Below, one piece after another: positions 26,761-35,666 of a stretch of DNA of 49,809 nt. Source of the stretch: Candidatus Woesearchaeota archaeon (GTDB lineage: Archaea; Nanobdellota; Nanobdellia; Woesearchaeales; JAGWAF01). The stretch spans positions 1 through 49,809 of the forward strand of contig JAGVYP010000019.1 in assembly GCA_018303205.1 (NCBI GenBank), read 5' to 3'. The notes beneath the pieces were generated by a model. It searched no databases, had not been told where the DNA came from, and saw only the letters and a program-made list of their open reading frames with translations. Position 1 is the stretch's first letter. Each line of letters starts with the position of its first letter. The translations under genes and the position numbers were made by a program.

Positions 26761-27894
26761 ATGAAAAAAATAACAATAGTATTATTAGTTATCCTTCTTG
26801 TAGGCTGTACTCTCCCCTTAGGACAAAAATTATCAAAACCAAATATAGAAATAACATATAGATTAGAGGGGGGTATCCTTAATGAAAAAGCTGATAGGGG
26901 AGGGAGTTATGGTTATGGATGGTCTCCAAGTCTTGTTACAGAAATAACAGCAAACAACAATAAAGTAGAAATGATCTCTTATGATCAAGAAAACGATTAT
27001 GAAGTAAAAAAATCATATACTCCTGGACCTCCAGAAGAATATTTAGACTGGTTAGTTAAAGAATCAAATTTTTTTAATTTGCAGGAAAGATATGTGAATG
27101 AAACTGCTATGAATTATGAGGGAGCTGAAATTGATCAAATAACTGTAAGAAAAGGAGACACAGAAAAAAGTGTGAGGATAGAACCGAATCTTGATGAAAA
27201 CTTACCTAAAGAACTCGAAGACATATATAACTACTTTTTTCAACAAAAAAGTGCATTTCTCGGTTGTGGAAATGCTTGTATGAATTATCAAGTGACTTTT
27301 TCCCCTCTTATAAATAGCACACAAGATCCAGAAGAAATAGTATATACTACTCTACGTATTTTTGGAGATGAAGCTAGGTTAATAAAAAGAAATAGAGAAT
27401 CACTTATATTATGGAGCAATGTACTCCCATTTAATGATCTAGAGTTGATACGAAAAATTCTTTTAGTGTATGCTTTAGAATCCGAAAAATTAGAAAATGC
27501 ATCAAGGTATCATGATCCAAGTGAATATCGCACAGATAACCCGAGCTACATAGGTTTATTAGGAGTATCATCTGTATTTAAGGGTAAAAGCATAAAAATT
27601 AGTGATCCAAGAAGACAAGAAGAAGAGAGATACCAAAGATTACAAGATTTAAAAGAACAGGGAATTTTTGAAAAAGATGTCGTGATTACTGAAGAACAAT
27701 ACAAATCCCAACTTCCTGAGCTTCCGGATACTTATAAAGAGTTAATTGAGGATCTACTGAAAATAAAAAAAGAAATAGAACAAAACTGCGCAGAAAATTG
27801 TGTGGTGCAAACTTCAGAAGAAGCTCAAAAAGAAATAGATGATTATCGTAAAAAATACGATGTTCCTTCATCAGTTCCAGTAATAATGTGGTGA
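26761..27894 (+). CDS. Putative lipoprotein, hypothetical
   Basis: MKKITIVLLVILLVGC lipobox-like signal and an acidic soluble body. Confidence 0.7.
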   Translation: MKKITIVLLVILLVGCTLPLGQKLSKPNIEITYRLEGGILNEKADRGGSYGYGWSPSLVTEITANNNKVEMISYDQENDYEVKKSYTPGPPEEYLDWLVKESNFFNLQERYVNETAMNYEGAEIDQITVRKGDTEKSVRIEPNLDENLPKELEDIYNYFFQQKSAFLGCGNACMNYQVTFSPLINSTQDPEEIVYTTLRIFGDEARLIKRNRESLILWSNVLPFNDLELIRKILLVYALESEKLENASRYHDPSEYRTDNPSYIGLLGVSSVFKGKSIKISDPRRQEEERYQRLQDLKEQGIFEKDVVITEEQYKSQLPELPDTYKELIEDLLKIKKEIEQNCAENCVVQTSEEAQKEIDDYRKKYDVPSSVPVIMW

Positions 27895-27898
27895 CAAA

Positions 27899-28378
27899 AT
27901 GATTTCACTCATTGTAGGAATGACCCCGGAAAGGGTTATTGGTAATAAGAATGAACTTCCCTGGTACATTTCAGAAGATTTGAAAAACTTCAAAGCTCTG
28001 ACAAGTGAAAATATAGTTATCATGGGAAGAAATACCTATGATTCCATCATAGCACGAATAGGAAAACCCTTGCCTAACAGAACAAACATCGTTATTAGCA
28101 GATCAATGGAGGAAAAAGAAGGAATTCAGGTATGTAGAAGCATCCAAGAAGCAATAGCATTAACAAAAAAAGAAAACAAAGAAGCATTTATCATCGGAGG
28201 AGCACAAATCTACAAAGAAGCATTGCCTTTTGTGGATAAGATGTACATTTCCTATGTTAAAAAAGCATATAAAGGAGACACCCTTTTCCCAGAATGGAAT
28301 AAGAACGAATGGGAAGAAATTGAGAAAAAACCATTCGAAGAATTTGATTTTGTCATCTTACAGAGGAAGAAAAAATGA
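27899..28378 (+). CDS. folA: Dihydrofolate reductase
   Basis: VIGNKNELPW.ISEDL..FK, IMGR.TYDSI, PLPNRTNIVIS, IIGGAQIY, GDTLFP. Confidence 0.96.
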   Translation: MISLIVGMTPERVIGNKNELPWYISEDLKNFKALTSENIVIMGRNTYDSIIARIGKPLPNRTNIVISRSMEEKEGIQVCRSIQEAIALTKKENKEAFIIGGAQIYKEALPFVDKMYISYVKKAYKGDTLFPEWNKNEWEEIEKKPFEEFDFVILQRKKK

Positions 28379-29667
28379 GAAGCATGAAAGAACAAGATCC
28401 TGAAGTGTACCATCTGATAGAACATGAAAAAGAGCGTCAGAGAAACGTATTGAATATGATTCCTTCTGAAAATTATGTCACTGAAGCAGTGTTAACTGCA
28501 TGTGGTAGTGTGTTGAACAACAAGTATTCTGAAGGATATCCTAAAGGCAGGTATTATCAAGGCCATGAATTTATAGATGATGTTGAGCTTCTTGCTATTG
28601 AAAGAGCAAAAAAATTGTTTGGAGCAGAACATGTCAATGTACAACCTTATTCAGGAAGCCCTGCAAATATGGCAGTGTATCATGCATTGTTGAAACCTGG
28701 AGATAAAATTATGGGTATGCGATTGGATATGGGAGGACATCTTACGCATGGGCATAATGTTAATTTTTCAGCGAGATACTTTACCTCAACACAATACACC
28801 GTAGATCCGGAAACAGAGTTACTTGATTTGGATGCTATACGAAGACAAGCAATAAAAGAAAAACCAAAAATTATCGTCTCTGGCGCAACTGCATATCCTA
28901 GAATTATAGATTTTAAAGCATTTCATGAAATTGCAGAAGAAATAGGAGCATACTCTTTAGCAGATATAAGCCATGTGTCTGGTTTAATAGCAGGTAAGGT
29001 ACATCCTTCTCCTTTTCCTTTTACTGATGTGGTCATGACAACGACACATAAGACCTTAAGAGGACCAAGAGCTGCTATGCTGATGTGCAAAAAAGAAGAT
29101 CGCTTAGCAAAAACAGAAGGAATGGACGAAAAACAAGCAGCACAAGAAAAAGACCTAGCAAGAAAGATCGATCGAGCAGTTTTTCCAGGATTACAAGGAG
29201 GACCTCATGATCATATCATTGCAGCAAAAGCAGTTTGCTTTAAGGAAGCACTACAACCCGAGTTTAAAGTATATGCTCATCAAATTGTAAAAAATGCAAA
29301 GGCACTCGCTGAGGAATTACTTGCACAAGGCTTACGCTTAGTAACAGGAGGAACAGACAACCATCTTATTTTAATTGATTTAACACCCAAAGGAATTGGA
29401 TTAGGAAAAGAAGGTGCCATAGCATTGGAAAATGCAGGAATGTGCACAAATATGAATACTGTACCTTACGATAAGAGCACACCTTTTAGACCATCAGGTA
29501 TCCGTATAGGAACCCCCATCCTTACCACACGAGGAATGAAAGAAAGTGAAATGAAACAAATAGGAGCATGGATGGGCCAAATTTTAGGAGATATGAAGAA
29601 CACAGACTTACAACAGAGAGTTAGGCAAGATGTGAAAACATTATGTGATCAGTTTCCTTTTTATTAA
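28375..29667 (+). CDS. glyA: Serine hydroxymethyltransferase
   Basis: IPSENY, NKYSEGYP..RYY, NVQPYSGSPAN, GGHLTHG, TTTHKTLRGPR (PLP Lys), VFPGLQGGP, SGIRIGTP. Confidence 0.97.
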   Translation: MRSMKEQDPEVYHLIEHEKERQRNVLNMIPSENYVTEAVLTACGSVLNNKYSEGYPKGRYYQGHEFIDDVELLAIERAKKLFGAEHVNVQPYSGSPANMAVYHALLKPGDKIMGMRLDMGGHLTHGHNVNFSARYFTSTQYTVDPETELLDLDAIRRQAIKEKPKIIVSGATAYPRIIDFKAFHEIAEEIGAYSLADISHVSGLIAGKVHPSPFPFTDVVMTTTHKTLRGPRAAMLMCKKEDRLAKTEGMDEKQAAQEKDLARKIDRAVFPGLQGGPHDHIIAAKAVCFKEALQPEFKVYAHQIVKNAKALAEELLAQGLRLVTGGTDNHLILIDLTPKGIGLGKEGAIALENAGMCTNMNTVPYDKSTPFRPSGIRIGTPILTTRGMKESEMKQIGAWMGQILGDMKNTDLQQRVRQDVKTLCDQFPFY

Positions 29668-29694
29668 TTTCTTTGCATCCTTAAGAGAAAAGAG

Positions 29695-30324
29695 ATGGAA
29701 CAGAATATAAAAAGAATCATTGCAGAACTTAAAAAACAGAACATTCTCATAATTGCTGCTTCTAAAGGAAGATCTGTTGAACAAATTAGAAAACTGTACG
29801 AACAAGGTATATTTCATTTTGGAGAAAATTATGTCCAAGAAGCTGAAAAGAAGATAAAAGCATTGCAAGATACCAAAATAGTTTGGCATTTTATTGGTCA
29901 TTTGCAAAAAAACAAGGCAAACAAAGCAGCAGCATTATGCAATGCTATCGATACCGTTGATTCTTTTGAACTTGCAAAGAAATTGAATGAGCAATTTCAG
30001 AAACAAGGAAAAACAGGAAAAGTCCTAATACAAGTGAATATTTCTGGAGAAGAACAAAAACAAGGATGCAAACCAGAAGAAATTGAAACATTGCTAGAGA
30101 ACATACAAAAATTAAAAAATATGGTTTGTGAAGGATTTATGATTATAGGATCAAGAGAAAAGAGTCTAGAAGAATTTAGAAGAATGAAGAATCTTTTTGA
30201 AAAATACAAAAAACAGTATCATTTAACAAGACTTTCTATGGGTATGAGCGAAACGTATCAAGAAGCCATTCAACAAGGAGCAACAGAAGTCAGATTAGGA
30301 AGAATTCTCTTTCAAAAAGAGTAA
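29695..30324 (+). CDS. yggS: PLP homeostasis protein, YggS family
   Basis: AASK, FGENYVQE, WHFIGHLQKNK, IQVNISGE..K.G, LSMGMS, GAT.VRLG. Confidence 0.93.
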   Translation: MEQNIKRIIAELKKQNILIIAASKGRSVEQIRKLYEQGIFHFGENYVQEAEKKIKALQDTKIVWHFIGHLQKNKANKAAALCNAIDTVDSFELAKKLNEQFQKQGKTGKVLIQVNISGEEQKQGCKPEEIETLLENIQKLKNMVCEGFMIIGSREKSLEEFRRMKNLFEKYKKQYHLTRLSMGMSETYQEAIQQGATEVRLGRILFQKE

Positions 30325-30357
30325 GTTTTAAAAATAAACAACCTTTAAAAAAAAATA

Positions 30358-30501
30358 ATGTCAAAAACCACCAATCATAGATTGGTGGCATGTAGCGACA
30401 TGCCACTATCATAGTGGTTTTTGAGCACGCCAAAATTCCACATATTCCTTCGTGGTTTACGAAGTAAACCACCATTCAAAGAATGGTGGAATTTTTAGCG
30501 T
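30358..30501. repeat. Family C modular palindromic element, copy C2
   Basis: Module 1 (ATGTCAAAAACCAC...GTGGTTTTTGAGCA) is near-identical to C1. Module 2 (CGCCAAAATTCCAC...GTGGAATTTTTAGCG) carries different internal hairpins (GTGGTTTAC/GTAAACCAC, CCATTC/GAATGG). Confidence 0.85.
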
Positions 30502-30509
30502 TTAAAAAA

Positions 30510-30971
30510 ATGGACGAAAACACACTGACTAAGGAATTAGAAGAAATTCTCCAATCCTTTCTCAACAGAGAAAAAGAAGAAGAGACAACCACGTACGAAC
30601 TCCCTGTTACAGAACAGCAAAGCGAAGAGTATGAAGAAACAACACAGCCTTTAAACCTGTTAGTAGCAGAGGAAAAAGAACTACCGGATGCACTAGAAAA
30701 AGAAGAGGAAGAAGAAACTCCATACCTTCTTCCAGAGGAAAATCAAGAAGACATTTACCAATATGCTCCTAGCCAACATACTGAAGACCCTTACTCTCTT
30801 GAAAGTCATCCTGAAGAAGAGGTTAAATATATAGGAAGGGATGCAGCCCAGCCTGTTGCTTTTTCTGAACAAATGTCAGATGAAGTACTTCTTAAAGTCC
30901 TAGGAAAAATGGCTTTAATTGGCATCATTGACCATGGCAGAGATGTAGGACAAGCGCCAGATGCGGATTAG
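30510..30971 (+). CDS. Acidic hypothetical protein
   Basis: Very Glu-rich ORF. ATG 30510 lies just outside repeat C2. Confidence 0.65.
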   Translation: MDENTLTKELEEILQSFLNREKEEETTTYELPVTEQQSEEYEETTQPLNLLVAEEKELPDALEKEEEEETPYLLPEENQEDIYQYAPSQHTEDPYSLESHPEEEVKYIGRDAAQPVAFSEQMSDEVLLKVLGKMALIGIIDHGRDVGQAPDAD

Positions 30972-31018
30972 CGCGCTCCATTCGAAAAATAGATAAAGAT
31001 CAAGGAAAAGAAATTCTT

Positions 31019-31858
31019 ATGAAAGTCAAAATAGCAGTGGTTCAAATGGAGATTGCACAATACGCTCCTGAAAAGAACCTAGCACGTGCAGAGGATTATA
31101 TCAAAAAAGCATCTGCTAGAAACGCAAATATTATTGTTTTTCCGGAAGATTTTATTACAGGACCCTTTGAAGACGGTATACATGAAAAATATGCAGACAA
31201 AGAAAAAAGATATGCCAGACATTTTCAAAGATTGGCAAAAAAGTATAAGATAGATATTGTTCCTGGTTCTATTATTGAAAAAGAAAAATCAAAATTTTAC
31301 AATACAACCTGTTATATCAATGCAAAAGGAAGAATATTAGCAAGCTATAGAAAAATGAATTTATGGTCTGAAGAGAAAAAGAATATTACGCCAGGAAAGA
31401 ATATTACCATGTGCAAAACAAGATATGGAAGGATAGGCCTAATGATCTGTTGGGATATGATGTTTCCTGAAATGTTTAGAAAAATGATGAAGAAAGATGT
31501 AAATATCGTTTTTTGTCCAACCTTTTGGGTATATGGGGATGCGGGAAGAAAAGGATTACAGCATGATAAGAATTCAGACATAAAATTGGTCGATGCAGTA
31601 AGCACCTGCAGGGCTTTTGAGAACGAGATTATTTTTGTCTGCTGCAATGCTGCCGGAAGATTAAGATGGAATAAGTATCAAGATACCTTATTAGGACATT
31701 CACAGATTACCGTTCCTTTTAAAGGAGCAATTAAAAAGTCAGATCATCATAGGGAAGAGATGTTTATCCAGGAAGTTGACACTTCTCTTTTGAGAGACGC
31801 AGAAAAAGTATACCAAATAAAAAAGGACATTAAAAAGATAAAAAAATCAACCCTGTAG
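31019..31858 (+). CDS. Carbon-nitrogen hydrolase (nitrilase superfamily)
   Basis: Catalytic triad in VFPE, YRK.NL and ICWD..FPE. Also RAFEN and GHS. Confidence 0.92.
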   Translation: MKVKIAVVQMEIAQYAPEKNLARAEDYIKKASARNANIIVFPEDFITGPFEDGIHEKYADKEKRYARHFQRLAKKYKIDIVPGSIIEKEKSKFYNTTCYINAKGRILASYRKMNLWSEEKKNITPGKNITMCKTRYGRIGLMICWDMMFPEMFRKMMKKDVNIVFCPTFWVYGDAGRKGLQHDKNSDIKLVDAVSTCRAFENEIIFVCCNAAGRLRWNKYQDTLLGHSQITVPFKGAIKKSDHHREEMFIQEVDTSLLRDAEKVYQIKKDIKKIKKSTL

Positions 31859-32662
31859 AATATGTTTTGTAATCGTTAAAGCTTGTTTGTGCTCTTTCAC
31901 ATCATGACATCTGATGATATTTGCACCCTGAAGAACAGCTAAGAGATGTGCAGCGAGAGTTCCTGGCAAGCGATCATGCACTTCAGCACCTGTCAGTTTT
32001 CCAATAAAACTTTTTCTTGAAGCTCCAATAAGCACAGGAAATCCAAGATCAACAAAAACCTTCAGATGATGGAGTAATGCAAGATTATCTTCTACTCTTT
32101 TTCCAAAGCCTATGCCAGGATCAAGAATAATCTGCTTTACACCTGCTTTTTTTAATTGTTGAATTTTCTCAACAAAAAAATCCTTTACTTCACTTACGAC
32201 ATCCTCATAATGAGGTTGTTCCTGCATAGTCTTAGGAGTACCTTGCATATGCATAAGAACATAAGGAACATTATATTTTACAACAATGGGCCAAAGACCA
32301 GGGTCTTTACCTCCAGAAATATCATTGATCATATGTGCTCCTCCTTTCAAGCACGCTTCTGCTACTGAAGCTTTGTACGTATCTACAGAAACCAAGAATT
32401 TCCTGTTTACCAGCTTTTTTACCACAGGAAGAACTCGTTTCAACTCTTCTTTTTCACTAATAACATCACTCCCTGGCCTTGAGCTTTCTCCTCCCACATC
32501 AATGAGAAATGCACCATCCTTGACCATCTGCTCTGCCATCGATACTGCTTGGTACACATCAAGAGTACCATCACCTGAAAAACTATCTGGAGTACAATTG
32601 ATAACCCCCATCAACAAAGGCGAAGAAAGATCAACTTCTTTTTTTCCTAGCTTCAAACGCAT
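31847..32662 (-). CDS. folP: Dihydropteroate synthase
   Basis: MGVINCTPDSFSGDG, IDVGGESSRPG, SVDTYK, INDISG, LMHMQG.P, LDPGIGFGK, GASRKSF, IRCHDV. Confidence 0.96.
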   Translation of the reverse strand: MRLKLGKKEVDLSSPLLMGVINCTPDSFSGDGTLDVYQAVSMAEQMVKDGAFLIDVGGESSRPGSDVISEKEELKRVLPVVKKLVNRKFLVSVDTYKASVAEACLKGGAHMINDISGGKDPGLWPIVVKYNVPYVLMHMQGTPKTMQEQPHYEDVVSEVKDFFVEKIQQLKKAGVKQIILDPGIGFGKRVEDNLALLHHLKVFVDLGFPVLIGASRKSFIGKLTGAEVHDRLPGTLAAHLLAVLQGANIIRCHDVKEHKQALTITKHILQG

Positions 32663-33800
32663 GCATAACCTCTCCTACAAGGTACAAAGAACCAAAGCAC
32701 ACTATTAAACCTTTTGGTGTAAGCCTTTGCGCGCTTTCTAAAGCTTCCTGAAGGTCAGGAATCACTATTCCTTGGCCAAGCTCAGAAGGATCAAGAGCAT
32801 CTTCATGGCTTGACTTAGTAACAATAAGCACATCATGCTCTGGAAATAAAGAGATCATCTTATCATAGTCTTTTTTCTTTCCCACACCAAAAAGAAGCGT
32901 CAGCATAGAATAGTTTTTTCTGAGAGAATTAACATATTCAGCGAGCACTTTGACTCCTGCTTCGTTATGCGCTCCATCAACAAGAAAGTTGTTATCTAAA
33001 AATTGACACCTTCCAGGCCAAAATGCTGTTGCTAAGCCCTCCTTGATGGTTTTTTCTTCAATATCAAGTGCTTTTGCTGCTGTAAAAGCAATTCCTGCGT
33101 TTATTTTTTGAAAACTACCTTGTAAAGCAATTTTTCCTTCATAGGATATTGCGATCTGAAGACTTGCTTTTTGTTCCCTTACCTTTTGTTCAATAAGAGA
33201 AAGTGCAGGCTGATCAGAAGGAATAACAACGACACACTCTTTTTTGATGATACCACACTTATCCTTGGTTATTTCTTCAACAGTATTACCCAAGAACTCT
33301 GTATGGTCCATGCTTATACTTGTTAAAATACAAAGTTTTGGCATGATGACATTGGTAGCATCCCAAGTACCCCCTAAGCCAGCTTCAATAACAGCATAGT
33401 CCACTTTTCGTTCTGCAAAATAAAGAAAAGCTACTGCTGTCATGATCTCAAAAAAGGTAAGCTCAGTATGCACCTCTTTTGCTTTTTTTTGAACAAAGAG
33501 AACAAGACGCAAGAAATCCTCTTTTGAAATTTGTTGATCATTGATAACTATTCTTTCTCTCACATCAACAAGATGAGGAGAAGTATACCTTCCTACAGAG
33601 TATCCTGCTTTTTGAAGAATACTATCAAGCATTGCACAGACAGAACCCTTACCATTAGTACCCGCAACATGAATACAGATTAATGAGAGGTGAGGATTAT
33701 TCAAGACTCCTAAGACATTTTTAATATGGTCAAGAGTAGGATTAATACCATGATGTTTTCTTAGATGAAATAATTCTTCTATAAGGAGGTCATAGTTCAT
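32631..33800 (-). CDS. folC: Folylpolyglutamate/dihydrofolate synthase
   Basis: HVAGTNGKGS, YTSPHL, TFFE, EAGLGG..DATN, DH..FLG, WPGR, DGAHN, FGSLYLVGE. Confidence 0.95.
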   Translation of the reverse strand: MNYDLLIEELFHLRKHHGINPTLDHIKNVLGVLNNPHLSLICIHVAGTNGKGSVCAMLDSILQKAGYSVGRYTSPHLVDVRERIVINDQQISKEDFLRLVLFVQKKAKEVHTELTFFEIMTAVAFLYFAERKVDYAVIEAGLGGTWDATNVIMPKLCILTSISMDHTEFLGNTVEEITKDKCGIIKKECVVVIPSDQPALSLIEQKVREQKASLQIAISYEGKIALQGSFQKINAGIAFTAAKALDIEEKTIKEGLATAFWPGRCQFLDNNFLVDGAHNEAGVKVLAEYVNSLRKNYSMLTLLFGVGKKKDYDKMISLFPEHDVLIVTKSSHEDALDPSELGQGIVIPDLQEALESAQRLTPKGLIVCFGSLYLVGEVMHAFEARKKRS

Positions 33801-33815
33801 AGGATGGGGAAGAGC

Positions 33816-33835
33816 TAAAGCTTTATATAGCTTTA
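33816..33835. promoter_or_regulatory. Symmetric bidirectional TATA promoter shared by folC and tmk
   Basis: TAAAGCT-TTATAT-AGCTTTA is centred at 33825.5, exactly midway between the start codons at 33800 (-) and 33851 (+). Confidence 0.7.
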
Positions 33836-33850
33836 TTTGCTGCTCACACT

Positions 33851-34570
33851 ATGGGCTTCTTTGTGATGATTGACGGCCTTGATGGCTCAGGAAAAGGAAC
33901 TGCATTAGATGCGCTAAAACAATGGGCAGCAAAAAAGAAAAAAGTTCTTGATCTCAGAGAATACGGAAAAAAAGATCAAGGTTACCCTAAAAGCATAGCA
34001 GAATATGATGTAATTATTTCCGCAGAGCCTACGTATGTGGGATATGGCAAAAAGATACGAGAAGAACTCATTCAAAAAAATAAAAAACACAGCGCACAGG
34101 AAATAGCAGAAGCCTTTGCAAAAGACAGGGAAGCATTATATACCAAAATTATTATTCCAGCCCTACAACAAGGCAAATGGGTTTTTCAAGAACGAGGAAT
34201 TGTAACCTCCTTAGTATACCAGCCAGCACAAGGAGTTTCATTAGAAAAAGTAAAAGCACTTCCAGGAAACAAACTTACCCTAGAGCATGCACCTGACCTA
34301 CTGATTATTATGAAAGTAAAGCCAGAAACAACCATGCTCAGGCTTGAAAAAAGAAAAAAGAAAGACAATGCCATCTTTGAAAATATTGCATTTCAAAAGA
34401 AAATAGAAAATGTTTATGAAAGCTCATGGCTAAAAAAACTCTTTGAAAAAAAAGGAAGCACTGTTGTCTATCTTTCTACAGACCCTCCTCTAACAGCAAA
34501 AGACACCAAGAAAGAGATTGTTAAAATAGTAAGAACAAAAATTGAAGAAGAAAAAAGAGAAGTATGGTGA
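33851..34570 (+). CDS. tmk: Thymidylate kinase
   Basis: IDGLDGSGKGT, AEPT, FA.DR, ER...TSLVYQ, PDL, RL..R, FE...FQ. Confidence 0.88.
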   Translation: MGFFVMIDGLDGSGKGTALDALKQWAAKKKKVLDLREYGKKDQGYPKSIAEYDVIISAEPTYVGYGKKIREELIQKNKKHSAQEIAEAFAKDREALYTKIIIPALQQGKWVFQERGIVTSLVYQPAQGVSLEKVKALPGNKLTLEHAPDLLIIMKVKPETTMLRLEKRKKKDNAIFENIAFQKKIENVYESSWLKKLFEKKGSTVVYLSTDPPLTAKDTKKEIVKIVRTKIEEEKREVW

Positions 34571-34592
34571 GTATTCCCTTTATTATTATACA

Positions 34593-34697
34593 GAAGGTCA
34601 TCACCTTGGAGCAAAATCAGGAGAAAGCCTGATTCATGCAAGGCTTTCGACGCAAGATCTCTGATCAACGGAAGAGTAAATCTCCGTGATGACCTTC
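34593..34697 (+). repeat. Family A element, copy A5
   Basis: 12-bp outer stem GAAGGTCATCAC/GTGATGACCTTC, which co-varies relative to A1-A3. CCTTGGAGCAAAATCAG, GAAAGCCT-[GATTCATGCA]-AGGCTTTC, GAGTAAATCTCC. Confidence 0.85.
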
Positions 34698-34777
34698 AAA
34701 AAGATCACATTGATAAAAAACAAACAAAAAAATTATGAAAAAAGAAGATAAAAAAAAATTAAAAGAAGATATAACCT

Positions 34778-34873
34778 TCACATCGCAAAAGAAATAGGAG
34801 AAAAGAGCACTAAATCTTCTACTTCAGAGCGCCAGAACAAACTAGGCAAATTTTTTCCAAGAAGAATATTCAT
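34778..34873 (-). CDS. Putative 31-aa micro-protein MNILLGKNLPSLFWRSEVEDLVLFSPISFAM
   Basis: Manual translation. ATGA overlap with the upstream micro-ORF, and an AGGTGAT RBS. Confidence 0.35.
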   Translation of the reverse strand: MNILLGKNLPSLFWRSEVEDLVLFSPISFAM

Positions 34874-34953
34874 TCCACATCACCTTCTTCTTTTTCTTCA
34901 AGAAATTGACCAAGAGTCTTATTTTTCTTTACCGCGTTAAAACTAACTGCCAT
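34870..34953 (-). CDS. Putative 27-aa micro-protein MAVSFNAVKKNKTLGQFLEEKEEGDVE
   Basis: Manual translation. GAGGTG RBS at 34965-34960 and an upstream AAAGC-TTATATAG promoter (about 35004-34992). Confidence 0.5.
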   Translation of the reverse strand: MAVSFNAVKKNKTLGQFLEEKEEGDVE

Positions 34954-35234
34954 ATAAAACACCTCTTTTGATAAAAAAGTATTTTTTTCTGCTATATAAG
35001 CTTTGCTTCACGGAATTTCAGTAGTAACGAATCAAATCTTACTTTTTAGTATTCTATCGATCATTTTTGATTTTTTCATTGTGAAATTTTAAGAAATTTT
35101 TGTTGAATAAAGATATAAAAATGAAGAAGAGAAAGGGTAGTGATCCTATACTATTCGAGATTCTTATTTTAAAAAAGAATTTTGTGATGTAGAACGATAA
35201 AAAGAAAAAGATAGAAAAAATATCACTCAAACGA

Positions 35235-35666
35235 TTAATGATATCCAGAACTTCCAAAACCTTTTTCTTGTCTTTCCGTTTCATCCAAAACTTCAACTTC
35301 TTCTAAGACAGCATGAGTTGCAACAGGTTGTATCAACATTTGTGCAATACGCATTCCTCGTTCTATCTGAAAAGCTTCTTTACCAAGATTAATCAGAATA
35401 ACACAGAGTTCTCCACGGTATCCCGAATCAATGACGCCACCAAGACAATGCAAGGAATGTTTTGCTGCAAGACCGCTTCTATCCCAGATTAAGCCAACAT
35501 AATGCTCAGGAATTGCTATTTTAAGCCCTGTTTTAATAATGGCTTTTTCCATGGACTGCAAGAGCTTTTCTTCAGCGCTAGAGAGATCAAACGCTGCATC
35601 ACCCTCATGATGATACTTCGGAAGAAGAATTGTTTTATCCAATCTTTGTATTTTAATTTGCATCAT
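35235..35666 (-). CDS. dut: dUTP diphosphatase (trimeric)
   Basis: AAFDL, DRSGLA, GVIDSGYRGE, RIAQM, R..KGFGSSG. Confidence 0.96.
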   Translation of the reverse strand: MMQIKIQRLDKTILLPKYHHEGDAAFDLSSAEEKLLQSMEKAIIKTGLKIAIPEHYVGLIWDRSGLAAKHSLHCLGGVIDSGYRGELCVILINLGKEAFQIERGMRIAQMLIQPVATHAVLEEVEVLDETERQEKGFGSSGYH

